Origin: Dictyostelium discoideum
Lineage: Eukaryota
Assembly (NCBI GenBank): GCA_000004695.1
Contig: CM000150.2
Span: 2,016,001-2,080,000, forward strand
DNA length: 64,000 bases
Reading direction: 5' to 3'
Each line of letters starts with the position of its first letter. Position 1 is the stretch's first letter. The position numbers and the translations under genes are program-made. Below are positions 1-10,276 of the stretch, piece by piece. Under the pieces are notes generated by a model. It did no database searches. It saw nothing but the letters and a program-made list of their open reading frames with translations, and was not told the origin of the DNA.

Positions 1-102
1 TTATTATTATTATTTAAATGTGGGTCAACTATAATTAGTGTCTTAGTTCACTTATTTAATATTAACTTATTTTTGTGTCTTCGTTACATAAAAAAAAAAA
101 TG

Positions 103-134
<32 letters not shown>

Positions 135-924
135 AAAAAAAAAATAAAAAAAAAAAGAAAAATAAAAAAAAAAAGAAAAATAAAAAATAAAAAAAAAAAT
201 AAAAAAAATAAAAAAAAAATAAAAAAAAAAGAGGGTACCCCCCCCTAAAAAAAATAATAATTTTAATAATAATAATAATAATAATAAAAATGAAAATTAA
301 TATTTAAATAAAAAAAAGAGGGTACCCCCCTAAAAAATGTTGGAATTTAATTAAATTTATTTTTTATTTTTTTTATTTTTTAATTTTATTTTTTTTATTT
401 TTTAATTTAAAAAATGTTGATATAAAACAAAAAAATTTTTTCAAAAAAAACATTTCAAATTATTTTTAACAAATTATATTATTATACTTTAATGTATGTG
501 TACAATTTTAAAAATTTAAAATTTGTTCTATTTTTATCAATCATATCATGTATATTTATTAATTAAATCTCATATATTCTTATTCCCAGCAAATGACATC
601 AGGTGGAATCGTACAACCAGGCCAAAATCTCTCACAACGTCCAATAAACGGCCAATATGGCTGGGGACCAGCAGCAGGAAGTGCCGCAAATCCACGTGGC
701 GATCTCCGTGGTTACACTTACAATATTAGATAGTTTCGCTGTCTATTTCTGAATATTCAGAAATCTTTGTTTAATGCCAAAAATAGTAGATATCTATTAT
801 ATTTTCTCATTTTATAAATCTGATAAGATCTGTCTTAAATAAAAAAAATCAAATTTTTTTATAAATTAAAAAAAATCATTTCCGCAAATCCGCAAAAAAT
901 AGCGGGAATTAAATTATTTATTGT

Positions 925-1015
925 TTTTTAAATTGTTTTTTTTGCGTGATATGAAATGAACAGCAAATGAACAACGTGTGAGTTGTATTAGCTGATGGTA
1001 ATATTTATTTATTTT
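925..1015 (+). repeat. dispersed repeat; second inverted copy at ~46875-46965
   Basis: About 90 nt ('ttattgtttttta..gaaatgaacagcaaatgaacaacgtgtgagttgta..ctgatgg') is roughly 85% identical to the reverse complement of 46875-46965. The flanking sequences are unrelated. Confidence 0.5.
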
Positions 1016-1062
1016 TGTTTAATTAAAAAATTTTTTATAAAATAAAAAAAAAAAAAAATTTT

Positions 1063-1114
1063 AGTGAATTTTTACACTACGCATAAACAGTGTATTTTAG
1101 TGTAAAAATTCACT
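1063..1114. repeat. perfect 17-bp inverted repeat (hairpin or TIR-like) with an 18-nt spacer
   Basis: 1063-1079 'agtgaatttttacacta' is the exact reverse complement of 1098-1114 'tagtgtaaaaattcact'. It lies in non-AT-rich DNA beside the dispersed repeat at 925-1015. Confidence 0.55.
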
Positions 1115-1134
1115 GCCGTTTAGAAAGCGAAATT

Positions 1135-1584
1135 TCAAAAAAAATTCCCTACAACACACCTATCTATGGGTGGTATGACTTTTAATATGGTTACTTCAGC
1201 ATTTTCGAAATTAATATTTGAAATCATTTGATAGTAAAACGTTAGACAATTTGAATAGGTTTGATTGTTTATGATTTTCAAAACCGATGTATCAAAGTAA
1301 ACAATATCATACTCTGACGATGACAAAGCATTACATAAATCATTAGCTTCCACAGCCAATAGGTATTTTTGTAAAGTTTCAAACTGATCATTAGCAAATG
1401 GAAACTTTGAGTACATATCCTTTAGGAGAGCATTAGCTACAGTGGAATCAGTAGGTTCACCGAAAAATCCAACCTTTTGACCAATAAGGATTTCTTTTCT
1501 TTCATATGACTCTTTAATTCTATTTAAAATTGTTGTTTTTCCAGAACCAATTGGACCTGTAGTAATTTTAATCTTAGGAGGCAT
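1135..1584 (-). CDS. P-loop nucleoside/nucleotide-kinase-like protein (deoxynucleoside-kinase-like), 149 aa, possibly a truncated remnant
   Basis: A real ATG begins 'MPPKIKITTGPIGSGKTT' (Walker A). Further in there are 'GFFGEPTDS' (E-P) and 'YFDTSV' (ERS-like) motifs in the order seen in dNK/TK-type kinases. Codon usage is not typical of the host (CCT, GCT, TCG, CTA, ACG, GGG). Confidence 0.45.
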   Translation of the reverse strand: MPPKIKITTGPIGSGKTTILNRIKESYERKEILIGQKVGFFGEPTDSTVANALLKDMYSKFPFANDQFETLQKYLLAVEANDLCNALSSSEYDIVYFDTSVLKIINNQTYSNCLTFYYQMISNINFENAEVTILKVIPPIDRCVVGNFF

Positions 1585-1891
1585 TTTTTTTTTTCTTTTT
1601 TATTTATTTTTAGATATTATCTTGTTTTATTTTTTTTAAAAAAAAATAATAATTTATATCCATTTTTAAAAAAAACAAAAAAGCTTCCATGGTGTTCTTT
1701 TTTTTAAAAAAAGAATTCTATTAAAGAATAGTTATAAAAATAAAAAAAAAAAAAAAATAAGGGAAGAAAAAAAAAAAATCTTGGTTTTGATTTTCAAAAA
1801 AAAAAAAAAAAAAAAAAAAAAATTAAAAATTATAAAAAAAAAAAAAAAAAATATCTTCTTTTTTTTTAAAAAAAAAAAATAAAGAATAAAA

Positions 1892-2811
1892 ATGAACATT
1901 CATGTAAAATCAGTTTGTATTGATAATGGCATCATAATTTTTAAAAAACAAGATCAGGCATTTAATTATATGAATAGTGTCAGCTCTATTGAAAAATATT
2001 TTATATTTTCATATGAATTTGGCGATAAAGGTCAACGTGCTTTTTTAGTATCTCCAAGTATTGAAAAACTCTTCAAATGTATAATGAATACACCATTGAA
2101 TCTTCGTCATTATTATGAATTGATTCCACAATTTGAAAATTGTAATTTGTATTTAGATATTGATTTTAAGTTATCACCCGAGAAAGCAGAAGAAAATAAA
2201 AGAAACAAACAACTTTATAAAAACAATCTTATCGATAGAATTATAATCGACGAAGTAAAACCCATCCAAAGAAAACACATCCACAGGTCTCTGATGAAAT
2301 CGATAGCATTGAACCATTATTGCTCTTCTCCTATCAATACGATAAATATTCTTTACATTTACATTGGCCATTGAAAACCTTCCATTGGAAAGACAATGAA
2401 CATCTTGGAGAATGGGTAAAACAATTTGTTATTGAAAGATCCATCTATATACCAGAGCTCAACTATATCGATACGTCAGTTTATTCAAAATTCAGAAATT
2501 TTCGTCTAATGGGAAATAAAAAATTCAGTAAGAGTATTGAAACAATACTTAGAACAACATCTAAAGATAAAACCCTTGAAACCTTTGAAAAAACTATAAT
2601 AACATCATCGAATTTTCAAAAACAAAACGATACTGGTATCGATGAGAAAATCCTTTCATCTAATGGTTTCGAATCTTTAAAGAATACTGGTAGATCAACA
2701 GTTGATGTTAAGAGGAATCAACACCAACGAATTTCTTGTAATGATTTGATTTCATTGGAAGGTATGGGTCTCTCATTGGACGAATGTAATGATATTATAT
2801 TTTGTTTTTAA
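1892..2811 (+). pseudogene. archaeo-eukaryotic primase (AEP)-like gene split by a frameshift into two overlapping ORFs
   Basis: ORF 1892-2374 carries motif I 'NLYLDIDFK' (DxD). ORF 2320-2811, in a different frame, carries motif II-like 'YSLHLHWPL' (HxH) and motif III-like 'IDTSVYSKFRNFRLMGNKKFSK' (D..R..R..G..K). The frames overlap at 2239-2374, which is too short for an intron, so this is a frameshift. Confidence 0.35.
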
Positions 2812-3078
2812 TTTTTATAGAAGATTTTTTCAATTAAAATTCTATAAAAATAAAAAACAAAATAAAAAAAATAAATTTTATAAAAAAAAAAAAATGTTTG
2901 AAAATATAAAATCATTAATCTTCTCAGCAGTTTCTTTATTATTCTCTTTTTTGTATTATCATAGTGATTCAATTATATCTTTATTCACTCAAAATCTTGG
3001 TGAGGCAGTTTTGGAAACAATAGACGAAGTAATTCATAAACCCCAAACCTCATTACAACAAGAATCATTAAAATTACA

Positions 3079-3411
3079 ATGTACATGCAAACCATTATAA
3101 AACAATCGAAAAGTATCGATGAAGATTTGGTACAAGGAACTAAAAAATGGGAAGAAGTAAGAGAGAAGTATTCTTTTACTGGAAGTAGATTAGCTGCTGC
3201 CATTGGAATTGATCCATACACTTCACAACATGATTTATTTCATTTTTTATATACAATTGTTGGAATGTGCATTCATGATAAATATAATTTTGAAGATTTG
3301 TTCCAAAGAGTAGGCAGTGGCACATCATTTGCTGTTATCGAAGAATTCATGAGGGGTGATCTTTTTCCTGATATCAAAAATGGATGTAGTGAAGAATGTA
3401 AAAAAAAATGA
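3079..3411 (+). pseudogene. YqaJ/lambda-exonuclease-like nuclease, truncated N-terminal fragment
   Basis: 'QGTKKWEEVREKYSFTGSRLAAAIGIDPYTSQHDL' is about 95% identical to the N-terminus of the complete YqaJ-like ORF at 53694-54407. Nucleotide homology spans 3038-3237 only, after which the ORF diverges into unrelated sequence. Confidence 0.5.
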
Positions 3412-3849
3412 TACAATATACACAGGCCGTGTTTAAAAACTATATGAACTCTGTATGTTGGTACATAATGATGTTAATATACCAAAAAAGTTTGATGATA
3501 ATGGGCCCTCGTGCTTTTCAAATTATATCCATTCTTTGGTAGGTGGTTTCAAGGAAGAAAACTCTTGTTATTTCAACTATACGCCACGTCTCGAAAATAA
3601 TAGTAGTAAATTTCCAGATTATCCAAAAGAAAATTCTCAATAAAAATAAAAAGTTTATAATTTTTTTATTTATTTTGTTAATTTTTGTTTTTATTTTAAA
3701 TAAATAAATAATTTTAATAAATAATAATTAAAAAAAAAAAAATCATTGAAATCTAGTTGTAATTTTTATTTTATTTTATTTTTTTCTTTAAATTATTTTT
3801 CTTTAATCATTTTTATTTTGAATAATGATCTGAGACTACACGGGAAAAA

Positions 3850-4500
3850 AACCTAGTAAAATGTTAAAATATAATTAATTAAATTAAATTTTAATAAAAG
3901 TTTGTAATGCTATTTATAAATTAATAAAAATTATTAAAAAATAAGATTGATAGTTGCAAAAAAATAAAAAAAATAAAATTTATAAAAAAAAGAAACTTAT
4001 TATAAAAAAAAAATAGCATTTTTTATTAAAATTTAATTAATACTATAAAATAAGAAAATATATTAGAATTTTTAAATTTTATTAATTCGGGGTTATTTTT
4101 TTTTTTTAAAAATAATTATAATAATTATTAGAAAATAGGATATTTTATAAAAAAATAAGATTATTTATAAAAAATGTAACCTTTATTATTTTTTAATAAA
4201 ATATATTTAAAAAATAAGATAAATAATAATAAAAAAAAAATAATAAAATATATTAAAAATTGAAACATTATATAATTTTTAACATATTTTATTAAAATGT
4301 AATAAATACTAAAAAAATGAGATATTATATAAGAAGGTTATAAATTTTATTAATTATGGTTTTAATAATAAGATGTTTAAAAAATAATAATATAAATTAT
4401 AAATTGGAAAATTTTATAATATTCAACATATTTTATTAAATATAAGTAAAAAATAAGATAAAAAATAAATTTTATAAAAAAAAAAAATATATATATATTA
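3850..4500. repeat. degenerate tandem/subterminal-like AT-rich repeats
   Basis: Recurring ~100-130-bp units share 'aacatattttattaaa(a)t.taa' and 'aaaataagat(a/t)' motifs (for example 3930-3960, 4150-4230, 4265-4330, 4420-4470). Confidence 0.3.
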
Positions 4501-5479
4501 AATGAAACTTTTTATTATTTTAAAAAATATAGGAATTGAATTAATAAAAATAAGATATTATAAGAATAAATATGCGAAAACAAGAAAAATTTTATTAATT
4601 TTGAATTTGGTTTTTTTTTTATTTTTTTATTTTTTTTTTTTTTTTATCCATTTTCAAACTAAATCTGAATCGATTGTTTTTTTTTTTTTTTTTTTTTTTT
4701 TATCTGGATAAAAGTTGTTTGTATTTATTTAAAAAATTATTTGATTTTACTTTTTTTTTTTTTTTTTCATATTTTTTTTTTTTCATCATTTTTTTTTCAT
4801 TTTTTTTTCACCTTTTTTTTTACCAAAGTAAGTAAATTTTCATTATTTGTTTGAATAAAATCAGTAAACTAATTATTAAATTAGAATAAATAAAATTGAT
4901 GAAACAACTTATAAAAAAAAAAATAAAAATAATAAAAAAAAAAAAATAAAAAAAATTTAGAAAAATTAAAAAATATGTTTATTTTAAATATTCTTTATAT
5001 AGTATAATGTTTTAATTAATATCTTTTGGTATTATATGTCAACACATTTCATAGTATAAAATGAAAAAGAAAATTTATTTTCAGTTTTATTATCTTATTA
5101 CTCACAAATATAAATATGTTATAAATTAAATAAATATATAAATATATATTAATTAAAAGAAATAGATATTTAATTAAATTATATATAATTAAATAGAAAT
5201 AAAAATTAAATTGGTTATTCAAAAAATAAATAAAAAAAAATAGAATATAATAAAAAATAATTCTTTTAAGTCCTTCTATAGTATACCACTTCCTTTGCAT
5301 ATTTAAAACAAATAACCTCTTTAAAATTAAAATTCATATATTGAAATTCTTAAATTGTAATTTTAAATATTTGTTTAATGGATAACCGTAATAAATCTAT
5401 TTTCTATTAATTTTTAATTATTCTTTCAAAAAATAAAAAATTATAATTTTTTTATATTTTTTTTTTCAATTGGAAATTT

Positions 5480-5804
5480 TTTTTTTTTTGAATTGGATAA
5501 CGCAATTATTATTTGCTTCTCCTTGAGATGCTAGATCTCATTTTATTTTTTTTTTTTTTTTACAGGGTCTTTTTGATTAAAACATCTTTTTTGTCCAAAC
5601 TTTTTTCTAAATCTTTTTTTATTTTATCGTCTGGTTCGTGATTGATGTTTATGACGTATTTGAATTGTTTTTTTTTTTTTAATTGAGTTTTATCCACAAT
5701 TTCGCTTATTTTTTGTAGGCATTTGTGTTGCTTAATATTTGTGGTGTTGTTTGTGATTTTCATTTTATTTTCTTTCTATCTTTTTTATTTTACTGATTAA
5801 CTTG

Positions 5805-5862
<58 letters not shown>

Positions 5863-7300
5863 TTATAGAAAGTACTGAGTGAATTTATTGTATTTTCTGA
5901 GATGTTTAGGAAGTTCTATTGCGGGTGTTGATGATGATTTGTGACACCCCTTGTCCTGTTTTATCAATTGGTGCGTGGTGTGTTATTTTGTTTTTATATT
6001 GTTGATTTATTGAGTAAATTTTATTTGTTTTTATATTTGTTTCAGTTAGAAGTGCTGCGTCCAGCTTGTTGTTGTCTAAAACGGTGTTTATTATGCTGGC
6101 AGATTGGATGGTGTTGGATCCTTGGACGTTCCAAACACCTATTCTTATTGTGTTTTTCTTTATAGTTTTATTTGGGGTAGATTTTTATCTACCTTTTGAA
6201 GTTTCTGGTTTATTTTGTCTTCTAACTGATCTTTACTTTGTTCGTTGTGTTGTTGGTCTTGTGTGTTTGTGGGGTTTTTTGATTTATTGATTTGTTTTAG
6301 AATTTCCTTGTTGAAGTTGTCTATATCTTCATCCATTTTTGTTTTTATGCTTTTTTGTCCATATTCACCCAATTTTGGTTTGACTGGTGTTTTGTTGGTC
6401 TTGTTTGTTTTGTCTTGTTGTTTCTTTTTTGGTGTGTTTAACAATTTACTTGGTGAATCGATAATTTTCGATGGTGTACCATAGGTTGGGCTGAAACTCA
6501 TGATATGTTTTATTGGAGAGGAGAAGAACCATTGATTTGAAGGGATTGAAAGTGGGAATTCTATTTTTCTTATTGCATCAGTGTTTGGGCTGGTGAAGTC
6601 GAAGATATCATTTGCCTCTCTAAGTTTTTCTTCCGTTGTTAGTCCCTTTGTTTCGCCGTGTTGTTTTATTGGTGTATTGTATGGAGATGGTGGTTCGATA
6701 GGTTTTTCTGATTTTGTTTTAATTTCTTGATTGTTTATCGATTGTGTATTGATCTCATTCTCTATTCTTGTTAGTTCATCTACGTTTTCTAGTGATGCTT
6801 CTATTACCTTTTGAGCTGTATCATCTAGGGCCATAAATGTTTTATCATTAGATGAGGATGTGATTGGTGGGATAATGATTGTTCTTTTTCCTTGTTTTGG
6901 TATTTGTTCTGATGTAGATTGTGGTTGTTGTTCATCTGATTGTTTTTTATTTTTGTTTTCTTCTTGATTTTCTGGTAATGAGGTTTGATCTCTCCATCCT
7001 TTGTTGGAGTGTCCAATTAATGTTAGATTGTCTAGTTCAATGATAGTGTCAAATTCTTCTACGACTCTTTTCACTGTTTTGATAATTAGAGTTTCGCCTT
7101 TAATTTCTGATTTAATTAGTTTACATCCTTCATTTTCTATTACCCATTCTATTTCTGTGAGTGATTTATACCAATCAAAATCTGTATACATATTTTTTGG
7201 TCTTATAGTGGTTATAAATTGTCCTTTTAATTCTGCATCAAACATATTTACAAAATAGATTACTGTTTTCAATTGGAAATTTTTTTGCATATAATATTTT
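5480..7300 (-). mobile_element. TRE5-like non-LTR retrotransposon, internally deleted, head-to-head with tRNA-Arg
   Basis: On the minus strand there is a 376-aa ORF1 (7290-6160) followed by the start of an ORF2 AP-endonuclease ('IGVWNVQGSNTIQSASIINTVLDNNKLDAALLTETN', 6150-6040). It is then truncated, has an internal A-tract (5860-5810), and ends in a 3' module plus oligo(A) at 5550-5480. That 3' module matches the 3' end of the element at 49140-49205. Confidence 0.5.
6160..7290 (-). CDS. retrotransposon ORF1 protein (TRE5-like)
   Basis: 376-aa ORF from an ATG 21 bp from the tRNA-Arg 5' end, followed immediately by the APE-domain start of ORF2. Confidence 0.45.
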   Translation of the reverse strand: MQKNFQLKTVIYFVNMFDAELKGQFITTIRPKNMYTDFDWYKSLTEIEWVIENEGCKLIKSEIKGETLIIKTVKRVVEEFDTIIELDNLTLIGHSNKGWRDQTSLPENQEENKNKKQSDEQQPQSTSEQIPKQGKRTIIIPPITSSSNDKTFMALDDTAQKVIEASLENVDELTRIENEINTQSINNQEIKTKSEKPIEPPSPYNTPIKQHGETKGLTTEEKLREANDIFDFTSPNTDAIRKIEFPLSIPSNQWFFSSPIKHIMSFSPTYGTPSKIIDSPSKLLNTPKKKQQDKTNKTNKTPVKPKLGEYGQKSIKTKMDEDIDNFNKEILKQINKSKNPTNTQDQQHNEQSKDQLEDKINQKLQKVDKNLPQIKL

Positions 7301-7311
7301 ATATCATCAAA

Positions 7312-7385
7312 GGGACTATAGTTTAGTTGGATATAACGACCGGCTACGAACCGGTAGGTCTCAGGTTCGACCCCTGATGGTCTCG
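7312..7385 (+). tRNA. tRNA-Arg (anticodon ACG)
   Basis: Manual cloverleaf: acceptor GGGACTA/TGGTCTC with two G-U pairs, anticodon stem ACCGG/CCGGT with loop CTACGAA, T-arm TCAGG-TTCGACC-CCTGA, discriminator G. The architecture closely matches metazoan tRNA-Arg-ACG. Confidence 0.85.
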
Positions 7386-7417
7386 TATACTTTTAATATA
7401 ATCAAGATTAAGTCAAT

Positions 7418-7428
7418 GGTTCGAATCT
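7418..7428 (+). promoter_or_regulatory. external B-box (exB) downstream of the tRNA gene
   Basis: 'GGTTCGAATCT' sits 33 bp downstream of the tRNA 3' end. Dictyostelium tRNA genes commonly carry an extragenic B box 20-40 bp downstream. Confidence 0.45.
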
Positions 7429-7543
7429 CGTTTAATTCAAATCAGATTAAAATAAAATTTGATTTTGTAATAAAAAAGAAATTTTGAAAAAATAATTTTA
7501 AAGAAATAAAATTTAAAAAAATGAATTACTTTTATTATTTTTT

Positions 7544-8644
7544 TTAGTTTTCGAATCTAACCTTTTCACATTTATATGATTTATTACATAATTGATCGAA
7601 ACCACAATTAAAACTATGAGTACATTTACCATATTCACAACGGTCAGTTGTACAATCCAAATTATCGGAACAGTCTTTATTTGAATAACATGAGGAAAGA
7701 CCATCACAAGTTGGATCAGGTTTATAATGACAGCCATATTCATTATCACAAAAGTCCTGAGTACATGGATTACCATCATCACAACTAACATTGTTATGTA
7801 TACAACCCAAATCATTATCACATACATCAGCGGTACATAAATTTCCATCTGAACAATCTTTATAACTTTGGATACATTTTAGGGTTTGTTTATCACAAAC
7901 TGCATTTGTACATTTATTGGTGTTACAACCTTTTAGACATTTCTGATATTCAGTAGTGTTTTCACAATTCATCCATTCATTAACAATATTAATACAAATT
8001 CCATAATAGGGTGAATAAAAATCAGTGGTACAAGGATTATTATCGGAACAATTGACACAAAATCCACGTTCGTCACAAATCTCCTCTGGTTTACATTTGG
8101 GTGTAATTTTACATTCACCAGTCTCTTCATTGCATGATGCAATACTACAACGATCACCACTAATACATGTTGGTGTATAAATACATTGACCAGTGTTTAC
8201 ATCACACAATGCTTGTTCACATAAAGTTCTTGCATGACATCTTGGTGTAACCGTACAATTTCCACCCTGTCTTCTATTACATGTTACAGTTTCACATAAA
8301 TCTTTTGCTTGACATTTTTGTAAATGTTCACATCTTAATATTTTAAATCTATCAATTGTACATGGATCACCATCATCACATAATCCTTCTATTTCACCTA
8401 AATAATAATAAATATATATATATTTTTTTTTTATTTTTAAAAAAAATTAATTAATATTTTTTTAAAATTACAAAAATCATTTTATAAAATTATAAATAAT
8501 AAAATAATAAAATAATAAAAAAAAAAAAAAAAAAAAAATGTTGATTTTTATTATTATTTTTTTTTAATATATTGGAAATAAATATTTACAATTAACAAAT
8601 ACTAAAAATATTGTAATAAATAAAAGTAAATATTTTATTTTCAT
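7544..8644 (-). CDS. secreted cysteine-rich protein with Dictyostelium-type (CTDC/EcmA-like) Cys repeats
   Basis: Model join(8644..8590,8397..7544). Exon 1 encodes the signal peptide MKIKYLLLFITIFLVFVN plus 1 nt. It has a GTAAAT donor and a 192-nt AT-rich intron with acceptor ..tattag. The phase-1 junction rebuilds TGT (Cys). Exon 2 carries repeated 'D(G/N)NPCTxDxC' motifs and 50 or more cysteines. The ORF track shows only the 221 aa downstream of an internal start. Confidence 0.55.
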
Positions 8645-8707
8645 TTTTGTTTTTTTTTTACTTTATTTTTTTATTATTTTTTAATAAAAAAAAAAAATAT
8701 TGATTGT

Positions 8708-8740
<33 letters not shown>

Positions 8741-10039
8741 TAATAAATTAAAAATAATATATATATAAAAAATATAAATATATTTAAATATTATAAATTT
8801 TTTTATAAAATCCAATAATAATTTTAATATTATTATCAAAATTTATATATTTTAATTGTTTTTTTGATATTAGTTTTTTTTTTTTTTTTTTTTAAATTTT
8901 TTTTATTATTTTTTTTTTTTTTTATATTTATTAAATTATTATTTTATTTTAAAAAAAAAATTATTTGTTGCTTAAGTGAGTGTGTGGTTTTCCTTTTTTT
9001 ATTTATTTATTTTATATCTGCGTTATTTTCCAGTTGTGTGTATGTATGTGTGTGAATTTTTTTTAAATTTTTTGTCTGATGATAATTTTTGATTTTTTTG
9101 ATAATATCACAATATTTAAAATTTTTGTTTATTTAAATTTATTATTGGATCAAATAATAAATTAATATAATATACATAATTTTTTTGTTTTTTTTTTTTC
9201 CAAACAAATTATCAAAAAAAAAAAAAAAAAAAAAATAATATTAAAAAAAAAAAAAAAATGTTAAATACCAATAATACACTACAATAATAGAGTTTCTCTT
9301 ATATATTATTATTATTTAAAAAAATTATCATTAGTACCCGTCAAAAATGATATTAAATAAAATGCATTTTATTGACAGAGTTGGTAAAAAATTGACGATT
9401 TATCTTTGTACAATACTGTGTTAGTTTTATTTTATTTTATTTTATTTTTATTTATTTTGTTTTTTTTTTTTTTTTTTTTTTGTATAAATTTTTTTTTTTA
9501 ATATATATACTTGTGTTTAAGCTAAATAGGGGTGTTTAATATATAATGTTAAAATAACAATAATATAATCAAAAAAAAAAAAAAAAAAAAATTAGATAAT
9601 TTAATAAAAAAAAACAAAACAATTGAATGTTATTAATATTAATATTTTGTTTTTAATATGTAAATTGTTTTATCTTTCATGATGTAACAATTAAGTATAA
9701 AAATTGTTTTTGTTTTTATTTTAATTTTTTTTTCTTTTTTTTTCTTTCTTTTATTATTATAACCAATCTTTATCTACAATCAAATAATTTTTGATAAAAA
9801 ATATTTATAATTGTAATTTATTTTTTATTTATTTTTTTATTTATTTTTTAATAAAAAATAAATCCTATTTTCGATAAAAATCAACTTATCGATGAGTTAA
9901 AGAATTTAGTTAAAAATGATCTATTAGTGTAAAGTTTTTAACAAATTTGACATGATTTAATTTTAAAGATGATCATATATTTTCCATTGAATCTATTCAT
10001 TTCAAAATTATTTTATTTGTTCCCTGTTAATTGTTTTTG

Positions 10040-10083
<44 letters not shown>

Positions 10084-10276
10084 TTATTTTTTAAATTTTT
10101 ATTATTTTTAATTAATATCAATACTGGCTTATTAAAAATAATAACAACTTGAATAAAATTTTATTATTTTAGTTTAATAAATCTATTATATTTATTTTTA
10201 CAATCAAATTTTTTTTTTTTTTTTTTTTTATTATTATTATTATGTTATTATATAATTATTTTTTAAAAAATTAATA

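Noticed and set aside
2174-3221. Minus-strand ORFs 2174-2371 and 2985-3221, and 53705-53896 in the second island
   Set aside because: They are antisense to the primase-like and YqaJ-like ORFs and have no motifs. The sense frames carry the conserved blocks.
6825-7848. ORFs 6825-7016(-), 7001-7258(+) and 7513-7848(-)
   Set aside because: They are alternative frames inside the retroelement ORF1 and the Cys-rich gene. Their low-complexity H/N/I/V-rich translations give no support.
8864-9055. 63-aa poly-F ORF
   Set aside because: It is a translation of T-homopolymer and AT-rich intergenic DNA.
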